DNA of 64,000 nt from Fonticula alba ATCC 38817 (taxonomy: Eukaryota; Protista; Nucleariida). Location: assembly GCA_000388065.2 (NCBI GenBank), contig KB932202.1; one strand, written 5' to 3'. Shown one piece after another: positions 59,524-64,000 of this stretch. How positions within the stretch are numbered: position 1 is the stretch's first letter; every line of letters begins with the position of its first letter. Under the pieces are notes generated by a model. The model was not told the DNA's origin, did not search any database, and worked only from the letters and a program-made list of their open reading frames with translations. The translations under genes and the position numbers were made by a program.

Positions 59524-62500
59524 TCACCGAAGCTGTGCCCCATCGGCATCACAGAATTCCCGGACCAGCGTGATGGCAGTCAGCAGCCAGTCGGGGATCT
59601 CCGGCTGCGCGCCCGCCGGAGCGCGAGCCACAGCCACATGTAGCGCCAGCTGAATGGCCAGCACCACGCGATGGGCGTAACGGTTCAACTCCTCCAGCAT
59701 TTCCTCCAACACCGTCTCGCTGGTCAGCTGCCGTCGACAGGGGAGGGGGGGGGGTAGGAGAGAAGGAAAGAGGAGGGGCGGAGGGGAGAGCGGGCAAGAG
59801 TCAGCATGGGAGGCGACCAGCGGCTGGCAGGCGGGCGGCTCCATCGGGGCACCGGCGTCCGGCAGGGGAGAGGAAGGGACTTGTGCCCAAGTGTGCGCGT
59901 ACCGTGGACTGCTGCGGGACCTGGGGCAGGGGAAGGTGGGCGAAATGCCCAAAGGAAGACAGGTGCTGGGTGCCAGACAGCAGGGCCAAAAGCTCCGGGG
60001 ACCGGCCGGAGTCTTGGGCACTGGGGCTGGCAGGGGCCACGGCGCCGGCGCCGGGCCCCCCCTCCGAGCGGCCACTGCCACAGCGGCTGCTCAGGGTAAA
60101 GTGCAGCTGGAAGAAATCCTCGAAGGTCTTGTAAACGCAACGTTGGGCAGGCGGCTCTCCCTGAACCGGGAGCAGGACATTGAGAGCGGGCTCGAAGATG
60201 GACACCTCGAAGGCCTGATGGCACACACGGCGGAAGAACCGAAGGCCAAGAGGGGGGAACAAATGTCAGACATGGGCAACAGGCCAAGCATGGGACAGGA
60301 GGAAAGGAATCGGAGGAGGAGGAGGAGGAGGAGGAGGAGGACGCACGAAGCCGGCCGAGGCGGTCAGGCGCTGGAAGCGGTTCTTGACGCCGGTCCGGCG
60401 CACAGCCCCCAGAACATTGAAAGAGGGCAGTGAGAAGGGGTCCGAGGCATCAAGTTTGGACGAGGCGTCCACCGTCCGGGGGAAGGCCATGCTTTCGAGG
60501 GAGGCAAAGGAGACACTGTGTCACGGGGGGAGATGCCCGCGAAGGAAAAAAAAAAAAGAAGCCCGAGAGAGAGAGAGAGAGAGAGAGGACGGGAAGGGGG
60601 TGCCCAGGCGGGTCAGTCGCTGGGCCGGCAGGCACAGAGCCCAGGAGCCAGGCAGACACAAGACAACATGGCGACAGACGCACCTGGGCCGGGACGAGGG
60701 AAGAGCGCGGCACAGACTGACATCCGACTGGAGGAACTCTGCCAAGTAGGCCGGGAGCCCCGGGCCATCGGGGCGGAGTGTGAAGAGGGCATCCGCCAGG
60801 GCCAGCGGCGGGGAGTACTCCCCGGCGCCCGAGGCCGAGTGGATGGAAAGCCCCGAAGACCGGAAAGAGTGGTGCGAGGGGGAGGGAGATAGATGGCCGC
60901 CACCGGCCCCGCCGGGGCCCCGGTCGACAGACCCCGTTCGGGACAGGCCCCCTGCCATGCCGGTGGGCGGCAAGAGAAGCTGCCCAGCGGCTGGTGCCGC
61001 CGAGGCCGGGGGGGGATCGCGGGCCCCCATGGCCAAAGCCGGGCCCTCCTCATTGGAGGAATTGGTCGACAGGGCCCGTGCGCGCGGCTGCTCAAAGGTG
61101 TCGGCCAGAATATGCGGCCGGCTCCGGGAGGCTGACATCCGGGTGGAGGATGACAATGACAGGGTCCGGAGGATGGAAGTCCCGCCACTGGTGGACAGGC
61201 CACGCACCGAGCCCCCAGCCCCGCCGGAGACCGAGTGCCCGGATTGCGAAGAGGCCACCGAGCTCAGGGAGGCCGAGGAACTGGACAAGTGGACGGAGGG
61301 CGCGCCCCCGGTCGCCGAGCCCGCAGAAGCCTCCTCCACCGGGGAGCAATACGTTTCGGCCATCTCGCCGAGCCCCAGATACGAAGCGAAGCTCAGGGTA
61401 TCCGGATCACGGTTCTTTAGCAGCTCGATCAGGTTGGTGGAAATGTCCTCAAAGAGACTGGCAATGGCCAGCGAGGGGAAGGTCAGGAACACACGGCCAT
61501 GTCGGGAGGCCTGCCCAGAAAAGAAGGAACGGGGGGCGAGCGGCCAGGCCGAAACCGAGCAAAAGAGAACAACGCGAAAGGAGGACAGACAGACAGACAG
61601 ACAGGGCAGCGGGGGACGACAGATGGACGCACGCATTCCGCTGCTCCGGCGTCCGCGTGGCCAGGAAGACCATGGGCCGGGACTGGAAGTCGCCGGAGAG
61701 CTTGGACAAGAAGGAGGACATCGGATCGCCATCCACCTCCTCGATGATGTCGGGTGTGGCTTTGGACAGGAGAACCGACGGCAGGAGGGAGATGATCATG
61801 GCCGTGCCGCTGACATCCCCAGGCAGGGGGATGGCCTCAACCCGGGCCAGCGGCCACCGAGCGACCAGCTCCAGTCGAGCCGGACCCCCGGGCAGCTGCT
61901 CGGCCGGCGGGCCATCAAGCAGGGAGTTGGGGTGGACCCCGGACACGGCGCCGGCCAGGCCGCTGGAGGATCCGCCGCCGGTGGCCGCGGCACCGGCCAC
62001 CGCCCCGAGAGAGGCCCCGGTGGCGGCTGACAGCGATCCGCCCGACAGCGATCCGCCGGCCCCACCGGCACCGGATCCGGAGCCGAGCACCGCGCGCACC
62101 ACCACCAGCAGATCGTCGAGGATGTAAATGGCACGCGGCTCGCCGACCAGGGCCGGTTCCACGCGCTCGCCGAAGAGCCCACGCCGCCGGTGCGAGTCCA
62201 CCAGACTGGCACTCCGGCGCTTGGAGGCGGGCCCCATGCCTCCGGGCGGGGGAGCCGCCACGAAGACCGAGTGCACACTATGGATGATCCGGCGCCGCTG
62301 GCCGGCCGGGCCGCCACCGAACCCCGGACCCGGCAGGAAGGAATCCGCCTGGCCAAGCTTGGCGAAGCGCCGCTCGAAGGCGACCAGGCGCTCGGCCGCC
62401 TCGAGCGCACGCTTCTCCTCATTGACCATGTTCACGATGTCGGTCATTTGCTGGAGAATGTCCACCAGGGCGGCCTGGTCCGGGTGGCCTTCCGGCGTGT

Positions 62501-64000
62501 ACCGCAGGATCTCCCGCAGCAGCAGCGGGTACTTGCACACACGCTGGGCCGGCGTCAGCAGGAAGGAACTCAGGGCCAGCCCGCGGGCAGGCGACCCGGG
62601 CAGGAAGGCCGCGCCATCTAGACCGCGCAGGGCATCAGCCGCGCGCGATCCATACTCCCCCGCACGCAGGGCCGCCACCAGGGCCAGGGCCGCCGGCGTG
62701 CCGGAGCAGTGGGCCACATACGCCCGGAAGAGGGGCAAAATCGGGCGAATGGCCGGGGCCAGCACATCTACCAATGGGCAGGCCAGGGCCGCCGCCCGCA
62801 GGCGCCCATACAACCGGGCACTGATGTCTCGCAGGACGGCCAACTGGCCAAAGAGCCGGGTCTGGGGGAGACGGCCATCCGGGGCCAGATGCCCGGCCGG
62901 CATGCCGGCTGCCTGCCCGGCAACCGGGTCCTGCAGCGACAGGAGACCCACCTGGCGCAGAGGTCGCTGGAAGTACAGCTCCAAGACCAGCAAATCGCGC
63001 AGGTAGCTGCCCTCCGTGCGAACCAGCTCGAAGATGGCCTCCTGGCGACGGAGGGCATCCCGCGGCAGGGCTTCCGCCAGGGCCGGGTCGACCGTGTCCC
63101 GCCACAGCACATGACTCTGGCTCAGGGCACAGGGAGGCTGGGCGGCCACATTGCCGACAGACCCCCCCGGCAGGTCGGCCCCTGGCGAGTCGGCCGCCGT
63201 GTGGCGAACAACAATCGGTCGCAGGGTCCCGCCGGCCGCCGGGCCAATGGACCCGCCCCCGGAGGCCGGCTTCTTCGGGCGCTTGGAGCTTGTGCTGCGG
63301 CTGGGCTGGTCAATCAGAGTGCCAACGGCCGGGGTCCCGGGGCGCAGGGATTCCGGCAGGACGGCGTCCGCCTGGGTGCGGATGTCGCGCTCCAGCTCGG
63401 CCTCCGTCGACAACCGGACCAGGGCCCGGTCGGCCAGCCGACGCACGGCCGCCAACGGGAAGAAGCCGGCCGGCCGATGGGCAACCAGCAGCTCGGTTGC
63501 CGAGGCCGGCATACTTGCCTCCTGGCTGCCCGGCGGCTGCTGAAGGAAGCCCACGCACTCGGCGGCCCAGGCGGCCCCGGGGGGGAAGGCATTGGCGCAC
63601 ATTTGACGACCAAATGCCCACCCGGCCGCGGCCGGCGGGGTGGCCTTGGCCGGGGGCTCCTGCACGCGGATGAAATCCCCAGGTCCAAGCGACAGGAGGG
63701 GCTGCTCCGGGGTGGACCCCCGGGCGCCGATGGCGGCCGTGGCAAAGACCACGGCCCCCGCGCTTGGGGGCTCCGGCCAGTGAGCGGCATCCAGCTCGAG
63801 GCCCGCCATGTCCGGCGGAGTGTCACTGTCACCCGAGGAATCGCTGTAATCCCCATCGCTCGAGGAGGAATCGTCCTCGGAGATGGCCGTGCCAGAGAGG
63901 TTGATTGGGACCGATGGCGGGGCCAGGCGCGAGGGGGGCAGCGAGATGCGCCGCAGCTTGCCGGCCGACATGCTGGCGATTTGCGGCAGCACCGGCACGG
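59524..64000 (-). CDS. Dbl-family RhoGEF: SH3-like, DH and PH domains plus a C-terminal PX-like region (5' end beyond the window)
   Basis: ORF 63998->61633 contains SH3-like LLSLGPGDFIRV...GWAFG...GFFPL, DH RRQEAIFELVRTEGSYLRDL...LSSFLLTPAQRVCKYPLLLREILRYTP...VNEEKR and PH-like IYILDDLLVV. Further exons in phase from 61457, including CVYKTFEDFFQLHFTL. Stop at 59524 is probable, but the site could also be a splice donor. Confidence 0.88.

Noticed and set aside
1-64000. CRISPR arrays, transposons and rRNA
   Set aside because: No repeat-spacer arrays, transposase/RT/integrase motifs, terminal repeats or rRNA-like sequence were seen; the repeats present are simple microsatellites and homopolymers.

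Overview
GC-rich, intron-dense eukaryotic genomic DNA from a draft short-read assembly with 8 N-gaps. Introns are mostly 70-320 nt, with GTGCGT/GTACGT-type donors, CTGAC/CTAAC-like branch points and poly-C/CT tracts. The style suggests a unicellular opisthokont such as Fonticula; this is inference only, no search was run. I hand-spliced 15 protein-coding genes: SPT16, an SNX4-like sorting nexin, an FHA protein, USP10/Ubp3, a low-complexity hypothetical protein, an NXPE/SGNH-like membrane protein, TFIIF large subunit, RRP40, SF3B3, a class I methyltransferase, ELP5, DGAT2, a coactosin-like protein, a taspase-1-like protein and an SH3-DH-PH RhoGEF that runs off the right edge. There is also a head-to-head pair of identical tRNA-Ser(CGA) genes. 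Most long ORFs in the supplied track are antisense or intron read-through artefacts. The best novel candidate lies in the probable 1.1-kb first intron of the methyltransferase (minus strand, about 45456-46001). It looks like a composite box C/D + H/ACA scaRNA-like RNA, with one guide matching U5 loop 1 (2'-O-methylation at U41, human numbering) and one H/ACA hairpin matching the U2 branch-site region (pseudouridine 34). An Illumina adapter remnant beside it created a false 110-bp duplication. No CRISPR array, rRNA or recognisable mobile element was seen.
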